This document shows positions 8,871 through 17,512 of a stretch of 64,000 bases of DNA, one piece after another. Source of the stretch: Polyangiales bacterium (GTDB lineage: Bacteria > Myxococcota_A > Polyangia > Polyangiales > Ga0077539); contig JBGARZ010000022.1 of the NCBI GenBank assembly GCA_044229975.1, positions 32,001-96,000 on the forward strand, given 5' to 3'. Positions within the stretch are counted from its first letter, which is position 1. The number at the start of each line of letters is the position of its first letter. The notes under the pieces are model-generated. The model saw nothing but the letters and a program-made list of their open reading frames with translations, was not told the DNA's origin and did not search any database. A program made the translations under genes and the position numbers.

Positions 8871-9653
8871 TCACTTAGTCCCGAGTGCTCGATCCCACAA
8901 CAAGACTTGTGTTTGAATGGCTCCGGAGTCACCACCAGACAGCATGTCAAATTCTTCATTTGACATCGCGGCGATTTTTTCTCTAATAAGCTGATCTTCA
9001 GAAAGCAATCGCCGGTTCTGAATTGCTGAATTTGATCTTGCAAAGCCCAGCATACAGCGGACAACTCCATCAGCGAGCGTTTTCCGATCCGCGGATCGCA
9101 ACCAAGCGATCAGGCGGTTCAGATCGGCTAACGAATCAGACGTCGGACGCATGCCCGATAAAAGAAAAAGACCTTCGTAATGATACCACAACACGTCATC
9201 AAAAGAGCAGGACGGCCGTTGCCAATCTTGATACCGCACGGAACACAGCTCTTCGTAGAAGAGCCGAGAAGCCTCGAGTCGTTGCGCAACCCGATCAGCC
9301 GAACAGGGCGCCGTGTGAGCAGTTACCACGCTGATGGTGCCGTAGGCCGTGTCCAATGAGTACTTATCGAACTCGTGGCCGAACGGACGCCGATCCACGT
9401 CCTTTCGTACGGACTGAATCGCCGCCTTCATCTCTCCCCAGAGATACGCTCGCCACTTCGGACCGTCCCAACTGAAGTCGCTCGTCGCGTCGATCACAAC
9501 GATCTGATCGGCCGCAACCGGTTGGACAGGGATCTGGGGGAATTGCCCTGACTTCTTGTACGCTCGCGCCCATCGCATGCCCTCGCGCCGCACCGCCTGC
9601 CGAACAGCAGGAGCGGTTCCATAGAGGAAATCTGGAATTTCCAAGCACTTCAT
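8871..9653 (-). CDS. cassette-encoded hypothetical protein (260 aa)
   Basis: ATG with GAGGA RBS; stop 48 bp before attC; AT-richer codons. Confidence 0.8.
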   Translation of the reverse strand: MKCLEIPDFLYGTAPAVRQAVRREGMRWARAYKKSGQFPQIPVQPVAADQIVVIDATSDFSWDGPKWRAYLWGEMKAAIQSVRKDVDRRPFGHEFDKYSLDTAYGTISVVTAHTAPCSADRVAQRLEASRLFYEELCSVRYQDWQRPSCSFDDVLWYHYEGLFLLSGMRPTSDSLADLNRLIAWLRSADRKTLADGVVRCMLGFARSNSAIQNRRLLSEDQLIREKIAAMSNEEFDMLSGGDSGAIQTQVLLWDRALGTK

Positions 9654-9719
9654 CGCGTCCTCTCTTGGCTAGAATACCGCATCGATGAGCGGGTCAGCGA
9701 GTTCATCGGGGGGCGTCAC

Positions 9720-9763
9720 GCCCAACTCTGTCCGCCCAACATCTCATTCACCCGCCGCCCAAC
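9720..9763 (-). other. candidate array entry point (attI-like); three GTTGGGC cores
   Basis: GCCCAAC on + strand at 9720, 9734 and 9757; complementary to R'' of the first attC. Confidence 0.45.
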
Positions 9764-9777
9764 CTCACTCTTCTGCT

Positions 9778-9960
9778 GTTCGCCCGCCGCCGTCACTGCC
9801 GAACCCCATTTCGTCCGTTGTTCGCCCGCCGCCGTCACTGCCGAATCCCCATTCGTCCGTGGTTCGCCCGCTGCCGTCACTGCCGAACCCCGTTCGTCCG
9901 TTGTTCGCCCGCCGCCGTCACTGCCGAACCCCATTCTCCCGTTGTTCGCCCGCCGCTGTC
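9778..9960. repeat. 41-42-bp tandem repeat, about 4.4 copies
   Basis: gttcgcccgccgccgtcactgccgaaccccattcgtccgtt starting at 9778, 9820, 9862, 9903 and 9944 (partial). Confidence 0.9.
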
Positions 9961-10516
9961 CACCCCTCCGCGCCCGCGCCGCCCTTCTGCTCGCCCATGC
10001 CCGCGGCGCCCGCGCCGCTCCGATCGAATCTGCCCATCGACGCCAACCCGCGGATCCCGCCATCGGCCGCGTCGAAGTCCACCGCCCCCACGCGCCTCGT
10101 GTGCCAACACGGCTTCCCCATATCGCGTCCCTCTGCCGCCGTCGCGACCTGCACAGCAACAACCCTCCACAAGGCGCCCCACGATGTTGCTGCGCCCGGA
10201 GGCAGCGATCGTCGCTCCATCTGTCGCCGCGTCGTCACCGATGACCCCAATGAACCCCGAACGACCCTCCGCACCATCCAGGAGCCGCCAGGCCACGAGG
10301 ACCGCCGCACCACGATGATCGCCCCTCCACCATGTTGTCGACCGCAGCTCGCCAGGCGTGGCGAGCCCGCTCGACCGCCGGTCGCCCTTCACTCCCCTTC
10401 AATCCTCAGTTGATCGTTGGAACCGCTCCCACAGCAGTGTGCGGGAGCGCGTCGTTTCCGGGGCATCCGGCCATGCGGGAGCCGCATCCCTCTTCGGTCA
10501 GCGGTGCGCCTCTGCG

Positions 10517-11323
10517 CTATGCCGTCCCCTTCTTGTCGTCCGTCCCTTCGGTCTTCCCCTTCGCCTTCGCCTTCTTCTTCCCGACCGCCCTCCCGGGCCG
10601 CCGGAACCGCCGCGCCTCCGCCGCGTCCTCCCGCAGCGCGAAGCGCCCTGCGGTGCACAGCCGCGCCGCGATCGCATCGACCTGCGTCCAGGCCGCGTTG
10701 CGCAGTCGTGTGTGCAGCTTGTTCGCTTCGGCGTCCGGCGCTGACACCTTCGGCAACGCCGCCGCCGCCTTCGTCATCCGCTTCCGCGCTGCGCCCAGCT
10801 TCGAGAAGCGCACCAACGACGCCTTGTTCTCCTCGCAGAACGCCTCAAGCGCCCGCACATCATCGTGCAGGTCGGCGAGCCCGTCGCCGCGCAACACCTC
10901 ACGGCACCACGCGCGCTTCCTGGCGTCCTTGCGAAACGCGAAGCGAATGACCGCCACGACATCGCCTTCCGCCGCGCGCGCTTCGTCGTAGAGCGTCTTC
11001 TGCTTGGGCGTGAGGTTCGACGTGCCCACCTGCCGCCGCGTGTGCTCGTCCTGAAGCGTGGTCAGCAGCGCCAGCGCCCCCGAAAACCGCCCGATCTCGC
11101 CCTCGGTCAGATCGTCGTCGGGGTCCATCGGCGTCGCCAGCAGGGCAGCCTTGTGGGGCCCGACCGCGGCCTCCAGCGCCTGCGCCCACGTGATGTACGC
11201 CGGAACATCCCGATTGGGCCGCTTGATCTCCCCTGCGGGAACAGCCTCCAACTCCGACCGCAGCGCCGCCCCGACATCCCGGGGCACGCGGCTCCCACCC
11301 GTCTTCGTCTTCCGCTCCGCCAT
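10517..11323 (-). CDS. hypothetical helical protein with Lys-rich tail (268 aa)
   Basis: ATG at 11323 with GGAGG RBS; the upstream extension in the ORF track is repeat DNA. Confidence 0.75.
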   Translation of the reverse strand: MAERKTKTGGSRVPRDVGAALRSELEAVPAGEIKRPNRDVPAYITWAQALEAAVGPHKAALLATPMDPDDDLTEGEIGRFSGALALLTTLQDEHTRRQVGTSNLTPKQKTLYDEARAAEGDVVAVIRFAFRKDARKRAWCREVLRGDGLADLHDDVRALEAFCEENKASLVRFSKLGAARKRMTKAAAALPKVSAPDAEANKLHTRLRNAAWTQVDAIAARLCTAGRFALREDAAEARRFRRPGRAVGKKKAKAKGKTEGTDDKKGTA

Positions 11324-11386
11324 GTGCAGACCTCCAGCAACGACCGTATCAGCGGCTGCCAGAGCGCAGCAACGCCTACATGGGTC

Positions 11387-11519
11387 GGTGAGCGGGTCGA
11401 CCAGTGTGGTGAGCGGGTCGACCGGTGTGGTGAGCGGGTCGACCAGTGTGGTGAGCGGGTCGACCAGTGTGGTGAGCGGGTCGACCAGTGTGGTGAGCGG
11501 GTCGACCAGTGTGGTGAGC
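11387..11519. repeat. 21-bp tandem repeat, about 6.3 copies
   Basis: ggtgagcgggtcgaccagtgt, near-identical units. Confidence 0.95.
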
Positions 11520-11540
11520 CCGTCGGACAACTCGGTGAGC

Positions 11541-12340
11541 CGCGCACCGATCAGGCCCGCAGTCACGGGGGCCCACGCCGCGGCGTCAGCGCGGCGCGCA
11601 CCGGTCCGGCCCGCAGTCACCGGGGCTACGCCGCGGCGTCAGCGCGGCGCGCATTGGTCAGGCCCGCAGCCACCGGGGCCACGCCGCGGCGTCAGCGCGG
11701 CGCGCATTGGTCAGGCCCGCAGTCACCGGGGCTACGCCGCGGCGTCAGCGCGGCGCGCACCGGTCAGGCCCCAGTCGCCTGCCGTCCGTTGATCGATGTT
11801 GGTCCGGACTGTGACTGCAGGCCCGACCGTTGCGCGCCGCGCTGACGCCGCGGCGTGGGCCCCGGTGACTGCGGGCCTGACCGTTGCGCGCCGCGCTGAC
11901 GCTGCGGCGTAGCCCCGGTGGCTGCAGGCCCGACCGTTGCGCGCCGCGCTGACGCCGCGGCGTAGCCCCGGTGACTGCGGGCCCGACCGGTGCACGCCGC
12001 GCTGACGCTGCGGCGTGGCCCCCGTGACTGCGGGCCTGACCGGTGCGCGCCGCGCTGACGCCGCGGCGTGGGTCCGCCGACTGCGGGCCTGACCGTTGCG
12101 CGCCGCGCTAACGCTGCGGCGTAGGGCCGGTGACTGCGGACGTGAGCGTTGCGCGCCGCGCTGACGCCGCGGCGTGGGCCCCCGTGACTGCGGGCCTGAC
12201 CGGTGCGCGCCGCGCTGACGCCGCGGCGTGGGCCCCCGTGACTGCGGGCCTGACCGTTGCGCGCCGCGCTGACGCCGCGGCGTGGGTCCGCCGACTGCGG
12301 GCCTGACCGGTGCGCGCCGCACCGACCCCGCGGCGTGGGT
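11541..12340. repeat. 53-54-bp palindromic repeat in two opposed tandem arrays (about 4 + 10 copies)
   Basis: Unit gtgactgcgggcctgaccggtgcgcgccgcgctgACGCCGCGGCGTgggcccc; orientation flips at about 11778-11810. Confidence 0.95.
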
Positions 12341-12350
12341 CCGCCGCCGC

Positions 12351-13709
12351 TCAGTACCCGTCGATCACGCTGAGCGCCTCGTCGTGGGCCGAGTTCACCG
12401 CGGCCTGCGGGGCGGCGGAGGTCGCGCCCGAGGTCGGCGACGTCATCGCGGGCAGCGCGCGGCGCATCGAGCTCACCCGCCCGATCTGCTCCCGGTACGC
12501 GCGGCTGTTTCGCGTCGAGGCGTCGCTGCGCGCCCGGTCGAGCAGCGCGTCGAGCTGCCGCTCGGCGGCGGCGACGTTGCCGCTGCGGGCCTCGCGGATG
12601 GCGGCCACGGTGCCGACGGCGAGCTGCACCTGCGCGGCCACTGCCTCGACCTCCGCGCTACGACCGCCCTCGATCTCCGCCGCATCGCTGCTCGCGTGGG
12701 CCCCCAGAAACACATCCCGCTCGTAGCGCTCGGAGGGGGCGGCCGGGTCGTTCCAGGCGAGGCGGGCGTCGACGAGCTCGATGGGCGAGCCCGCGCGGTG
12801 CGCCGGAACGTTGAGCCTCACGATGAGGTCCCGCGTCGCCCCTTCGGTGATCTCGCCGAGCTGCACGGTGATGCCCGCGTCGGTGCGCGCGGCGTCGTGT
12901 CCGAGCACCGCCTCGATCTGCACATCGGGCCCGGGGCTCAGCGTCACCACGGCGTTGCGGGCGATGACGCGCTCCATGCGCAGCACCTCGGTGCGAAACG
13001 CCGTCGCCACCGCCGAGGAGTCTTCGACGTAGTGGAAGTGTCCGCCCGAGCGCTGCGCGATCGCGCCCATGAGGGTCTCGTTGTATTCGAGCCCGAGGCC
13101 GAGGGACGTGATGGTGATCTGGTGGGCCCCGGCGCTCGCCGCCATCGCCTCGATGCTCGCCGCGTCCGTGTTGGGAACCCCATCCCCCAACAGCACCACG
13201 CGGTTGATGCCGCCGGTGTTGAGGTGCGCGGCGACCTGCTCGATGCCGAGGCGCAGGCCGTTGGCCATGTCGGTGGTTCCGCGGGCGCGCATCGCGCTGA
13301 TGCGCTGGCGGGCCGCGGCGCGCTCGCTCGCGTCGAGGACGGCGGAGGGGAAGATGACCTCGGCGCGCGAGTCGAAGGTGACGACGGCGAGGCGGTCGCC
13401 GTCGCGCATGGCGTCGACGAGCGCGAGGCTGGCGGCGCGGGCGTCGTCGATGGGCCGACCCTCCATGGAGCCCGACGTATCGATGACGAGGCCGACGTTG
13501 ATGGGCGGTCGGATGGTCGGGTCGACGGCGGCGGTCGCGAGGCGTAGCCGCGCAACGAGCGTGCTGCGCGCCCCGGCGGGGACGAAGCGGTTGCCGAGGG
13601 CGCCGTCGAGGGAGAGGGCTTGCGGGGTTCGTGCGTGGCGCTGGGCGCCGGCGCAGGCCGCGAGGGAGGAGAACAGGGCGAAGACGAAGAGCAGCAATGG
13701 GCGTCGCAT
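12351..13709 (-). CDS. vWA-domain lipoprotein (YfbK-like)
   Basis: Lipobox LAAC; MIDAS motif DTSGSM; GTT and LLGDG motifs. Confidence 0.88.
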   Translation of the reverse strand: MRRPLLLFVFALFSSLAACAGAQRHARTPQALSLDGALGNRFVPAGARSTLVARLRLATAAVDPTIRPPINVGLVIDTSGSMEGRPIDDARAASLALVDAMRDGDRLAVVTFDSRAEVIFPSAVLDASERAAARQRISAMRARGTTDMANGLRLGIEQVAAHLNTGGINRVVLLGDGVPNTDAASIEAMAASAGAHQITITSLGLGLEYNETLMGAIAQRSGGHFHYVEDSSAVATAFRTEVLRMERVIARNAVVTLSPGPDVQIEAVLGHDAARTDAGITVQLGEITEGATRDLIVRLNVPAHRAGSPIELVDARLAWNDPAAPSERYERDVFLGAHASSDAAEIEGGRSAEVEAVAAQVQLAVGTVAAIREARSGNVAAAERQLDALLDRARSDASTRNSRAYREQIGRVSSMRRALPAMTSPTSGATSAAPQAAVNSAHDEALSVIDGY

Positions 13710-13806
13710 GGTGGGAACCTCTGACGCGCAGAACGCACCAGAGGTCTCCGGGCTTACGCTGGTCGTTGCGAAGGGTGGAGGGGGAGGAGGGGTGAAGGAG
13801 GGACGA

Positions 13807-16362
13807 TCAGCGCGGCGTGAGGCGGTACGCCCGGCCCGTCACGACCGCGTCGGCCGTGTTGTACGAGACCTGCGTGCCGTACTCGCTCGTGAGGCTCTCG
13901 GCGCCGATGGTCGCGCTGTTGCCCGAGGCGCGTTCGTCGCCCGCGGTGATCGAGCAGTAGTGCAGCTCGATGACGTTGGTGCCCTCGAACAGCTTGGCCT
14001 GGAAGGTCAGCCGGATGAGGCCATCGCCGTCGGTGAAGTTCGTCCACTGCGTGACGAAGCGGCGCGCGGGCGCGGTGCCGAGGGTGATCGTTCGCGCGGT
14101 GGCGATCTGGTTGTCGTCGTCGTCGACGGTGCGGAGGTCGTCCCAGAAGGGAGCCACGAAGCCGTCGGGCTCCTCGTCGCTGTCGGGGATGGCGTAGTTG
14201 ACGTACTCCGTGCTCGTCGACCCCCCGGTGGCCGCGTAGAGCTGGAGGAAGCCGTTGGACGCCATCGACCAGCGCGTCGCCGCGTCGCCGAAGAACGTCA
14301 GCGTGAAGGGCAGCGCCGCAATGTCGCTGGAGTTGTCATCGCCCCAGTCGCCGCCCGCCGCGCGGGTCACGGCCGTGCCCGTCGTGACGTCGTCGCAGGC
14401 CGCCGTGATGGTCGTGACGGTGTAGCCGGGCAGGAGCACCGGCGCGCCGACCTCCAGGTCGAAGGTTCCGCTCGCGGCGGCGCTACCCGCGACGGACACG
14501 AGGTAGTCCTGCGCCATGGCGCCGCCGTTGGTGAGCGTCACCGTGGCGGCGCCGCCCGACGCGGCCGCCGTGTTGTTGGCGACGCAGCTCGTCGAGGTGC
14601 ACGAGGACAACACGCGCAGCGTCGGCGTCCACGCCATCATCGCGCCCGCGGGAACCGCGCGCACCGGCACCCGGCTCCCCGACGGAACGGTCACGCGATA
14701 GAAGAGCTGTCCTCCATTGGCGGCCGAGACGCACGGGGTGGTCGTGCGGAGACCGTTGCGGGCGTCCTGCGCGCTCAGGGTCATGCCAGCCGTCACCGCC
14801 ACGGGCGTCGCGCAGAACTGACCCGCGACGATGGGCGCGGTCGTCGCGGAGAGGTCCCACGATCCCTCCGTCGTCGCGGAGGTCGACGACAGGCTCACGA
14901 CCACCGTGATGGCCGCGGTGCCCGCGTTCGGGATGTCGAGGATGGCGGGGGCGGGCGTGCCGCTCGTGCCCCCGATGGTGCTGTCGATGCACGTGGTGGA
15001 TGAGCACTCGTCGCGCAGCCGCAGCACGGGCTGACGGGGCGTCGTTCCCACCGGGGTGGCGGTGACGCGCGCGCGCTGCCCGGCCGGAATCGTCAGGCTG
15101 TAGAAGCGCTGACCGCCCACGTCACCCGTGCGGCAGGGCGCGGCCGTGAAGGGAGCGCCCGCGTTGGACTGCCCGGTGAGGGGAGTGCCGGGGACGAGCG
15201 CGACGGCGTCTTCGCAGGCCTGACCGGCGGAGAGCGCGGCGGTGTTGACGACGAGGTCGAAGGAGGTCGAGGTGTCCGCGGAGGCCATCTGCGCCACGGA
15301 GACGATGAAGGTTCGCGGAGAGGTCGTGGCGTTGGCGAAGGGCTGCGAGAGCGTCGACGACGACGACGACGCGAACTGGACGCAGGACGTGGCGTCGCAG
15401 CCGGCGTAGACGCGCACGGCGTAGCCCCAGCTCCCGGATGCTCGCGTGACGAGCGCGGTGCCCACGGTGTTGGCCGGGAGCGTGACCGTGTAGAAGAGCT
15501 GGCCCCCCGGCTCGACGCCCGGCGTGCACAGGCCCGGACCGCCCGCGTTGGCGAAGGTCTGGCCCGTGAGCGCGGTGCCCACGGTGAGGGCGCGCGCCGT
15601 CGCGCAGGTGGCGTTGTCCGCGGGCGTGAAGGTGCTCGCGGTGAGGGCGTAGGTGCCGAACTGGCCGTTGTAGCCGTCGACGACGACGGAGTAGGTGCCG
15701 GGGTCGAGGACGGCGCGCATCACCGACGAGTTGGTGCGACCGGAGCCGGTGCCCGAGTCGTCGTCGCACGACAGCTCCGTCGTCGCGTCGTTGCAGACGC
15801 GGCGGATGGAGAGCTCGGTGTCGAAGCTCGTCCCGGCGTTGTCGAGGGAGAGGATCACCCCGGTGCGCGCGGTGACCACCAGGTTGTAGAAGGCCTCGCC
15901 GCCGCTGGTGTTGCTCTGGCAGCGCGTGCTCGGGACGATGCCGCCGGTCGCGATGGTCGTGCCCATGAGCGCGATGGGGGTCGCCGACGGGAGGGTGATG
16001 GTGTCGCGCGGCGCCGGGCACATCACGCCGCCATCCACCAGAACATCCACCGCCGGCACATCGGCGACATCCGTCGTGGGCACGTCAACCACGATCGCGT
16101 CGGCGAGGCCGCCGTCCTTGTCGGCCGCATCGATGGGCGTTCCCACGTCGAGCGCGGCGTCCATCGGGGTTCCGCCGTCGGCCGGGACGTCGGTGGGCGT
16201 CCCGACGTCGAAGCCGAGATCGGTCGGCGTGGCGTTGTCCGTCGGGAAGCCTGCGTCGGCGCTGCCGTCGTCGGGCGTCACGACGGGATCGTCCCCGCAG
16301 CCGACGGCCGCGACGGACAGGGCGCAGAGCGCCAGGGAGAGGCGCCATGGAGTCGAGTTCAT
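13807..16362 (-). CDS. large Cys/Thr-rich surface lipoprotein with PPC-like repeats
   Basis: ATG at 16362 with GGAG RBS; lipobox AVGC; FDTELSIRRVC...CDDD...LDPGTYSVVVDGY; C-terminal VAPFWDDL domain. Confidence 0.78.
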   Translation of the reverse strand: MNSTPWRLSLALCALSVAAVGCGDDPVVTPDDGSADAGFPTDNATPTDLGFDVGTPTDVPADGGTPMDAALDVGTPIDAADKDGGLADAIVVDVPTTDVADVPAVDVLVDGGVMCPAPRDTITLPSATPIALMGTTIATGGIVPSTRCQSNTSGGEAFYNLVVTARTGVILSLDNAGTSFDTELSIRRVCNDATTELSCDDDSGTGSGRTNSSVMRAVLDPGTYSVVVDGYNGQFGTYALTASTFTPADNATCATARALTVGTALTGQTFANAGGPGLCTPGVEPGGQLFYTVTLPANTVGTALVTRASGSWGYAVRVYAGCDATSCVQFASSSSSTLSQPFANATTSPRTFIVSVAQMASADTSTSFDLVVNTAALSAGQACEDAVALVPGTPLTGQSNAGAPFTAAPCRTGDVGGQRFYSLTIPAGQRARVTATPVGTTPRQPVLRLRDECSSTTCIDSTIGGTSGTPAPAILDIPNAGTAAITVVVSLSSTSATTEGSWDLSATTAPIVAGQFCATPVAVTAGMTLSAQDARNGLRTTTPCVSAANGGQLFYRVTVPSGSRVPVRAVPAGAMMAWTPTLRVLSSCTSTSCVANNTAAASGGAATVTLTNGGAMAQDYLVSVAGSAAASGTFDLEVGAPVLLPGYTVTTITAACDDVTTGTAVTRAAGGDWGDDNSSDIAALPFTLTFFGDAATRWSMASNGFLQLYAATGGSTSTEYVNYAIPDSDEEPDGFVAPFWDDLRTVDDDDNQIATARTITLGTAPARRFVTQWTNFTDGDGLIRLTFQAKLFEGTNVIELHYCSITAGDERASGNSATIGAESLTSEYGTQVSYNTADAVVTGRAYRLTPR

Positions 16363-16615
16363 CGGTGGGTGCTCCTGCAAACAGTTTTTGTGACGAGAGG
16401 TGCGCCGCCCTCCCACTGAGCTCCCCGGCAGCATCGTGGCCGGTCTCGTGGGCGTCGCAGAAGCGCGGCCCGGGCGCTGTTGTGCCCTCGGTGGCCGAGC
16501 GCAACCCGCGAGGCGTCGAGCCCGCGCGTGGCGCGATTCGTCACGAGCCCGCGAAGGTGCGGCGCCAGACGGCAGGGGGTGACCTCCGAGCCGCGACGGC
16601 GTTAGCGTGCGCCCC

Positions 16616-17512
16616 ATGCACATCGCAATGATCGGCCTCGGGAAGATGGGCCTCAACATGGTGGTGCGGCTGCTCAAGGGCGGCCACACGGTGGTGGCGA
16701 TGGATCGTGACCCCGCGCAGGTCGCGAAGGCGAAGGAGGCGGGTGCCATCGCGGCCGCCGACGTCGACGCCGTCATCGCCGCTCTGCCGACTCCGCGCGT
16801 CGTCTGGGTGATGGTTCCGTCGGGGGCGATCACGCAGACGGTCATCGACTCGGTCGCGGCGAAGCTCTCGCCCGGCGACGTCATCGTCGATGGCGGCAAC
16901 TCCAACTGGCACGACTCGCAGGCCCGCGGCGCCGCGCTCGCCGCGAAGGGCATCCGCTTCGCCGACGCGGGCACGTCGGGTGGCGTGTGGGGCCTCGCCA
17001 ACGGCTACTGCCTGATGGTGGGCGCCGAGCCCGAGACCTTCGCCGTCATCGAGCCCGCCATCGCGACGCTGGCGCCCGTCGACGGGTACCGCCGCGTCGG
17101 CCCGGTGGGCGCCGGGCACTACGTGAAGATGATCCACAACGGCATCGAGTACGGGCTGATGCAGGCGTACGCGGAGGGCTTCGAGATCCTCCAGACGTCG
17201 CCCTTCAAGCTCGACCTCGGGTCCATCGCGGAGCTGTGGGGCAAGGGGTCCGTCGTGCGGAGCTGGCTGCTCGACCTCATGGCCGACGGGCTCAAGAAGG
17301 CGCCCGGCCTGCCCGACATCAAGGGCTTCGTCCCCGACTCGGGTGAGGGTCGCTGGACGGTGCAGGCCGCCATCGATCAGGACGTGCCCGCGCCGGTCAT
17401 CACGCTGTCACTCCAGATGCGCTTCCGGTCGCGGCAGGCCGACAGCTTCGGCGCGAAGCTGCTCGCGATGATGCGCAACCAGTTCGGCGGTCACGCGGTG
17501 ACGAAGTCATGA
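16616..17512 (+). CDS. gnd: 6-phosphogluconate dehydrogenase, decarboxylating (short NAD-type)
   Basis: GLGKMG, DGGNS, GTSGGVWG, KMIHNGIEYG, MRNQFGGH. Confidence 0.95.
   Translation: MHIAMIGLGKMGLNMVVRLLKGGHTVVAMDRDPAQVAKAKEAGAIAAADVDAVIAALPTPRVVWVMVPSGAITQTVIDSVAAKLSPGDVIVDGGNSNWHDSQARGAALAAKGIRFADAGTSGGVWGLANGYCLMVGAEPETFAVIEPAIATLAPVDGYRRVGPVGAGHYVKMIHNGIEYGLMQAYAEGFEILQTSPFKLDLGSIAELWGKGSVVRSWLLDLMADGLKKAPGLPDIKGFVPDSGEGRWTVQAAIDQDVPAPVITLSLQMRFRSRQADSFGAKLLAMMRNQFGGHAVTKS

Larger units (their letters stand above)
3948..9763 (-). mobile_element. integron-type gene cassette array without a visible integrase (CALIN-like), six cassettes
   Basis: Five 91-bp RYYYAAC...GTTRRRY sites plus one half-site, each closing a short cassette that is AT-richer than the flanks; complementary cores chain between neighbouring sites. 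Confidence 0.88.

Noticed and set aside
9685..10413. Plus-strand ORF as the integron integrase
   Set aside because: Right position, but a Pro/Ser-rich repeat-derived translation with no tyrosine-recombinase motifs
11387..12340. 21-bp and 53-bp arrays as CRISPR, or as the coding N-terminus of ORF 10517..11620
   Set aside because: No unique spacers; a good RBS and ATG at 11323 explain the gene; ORFs across the repeats are low-complexity artefacts
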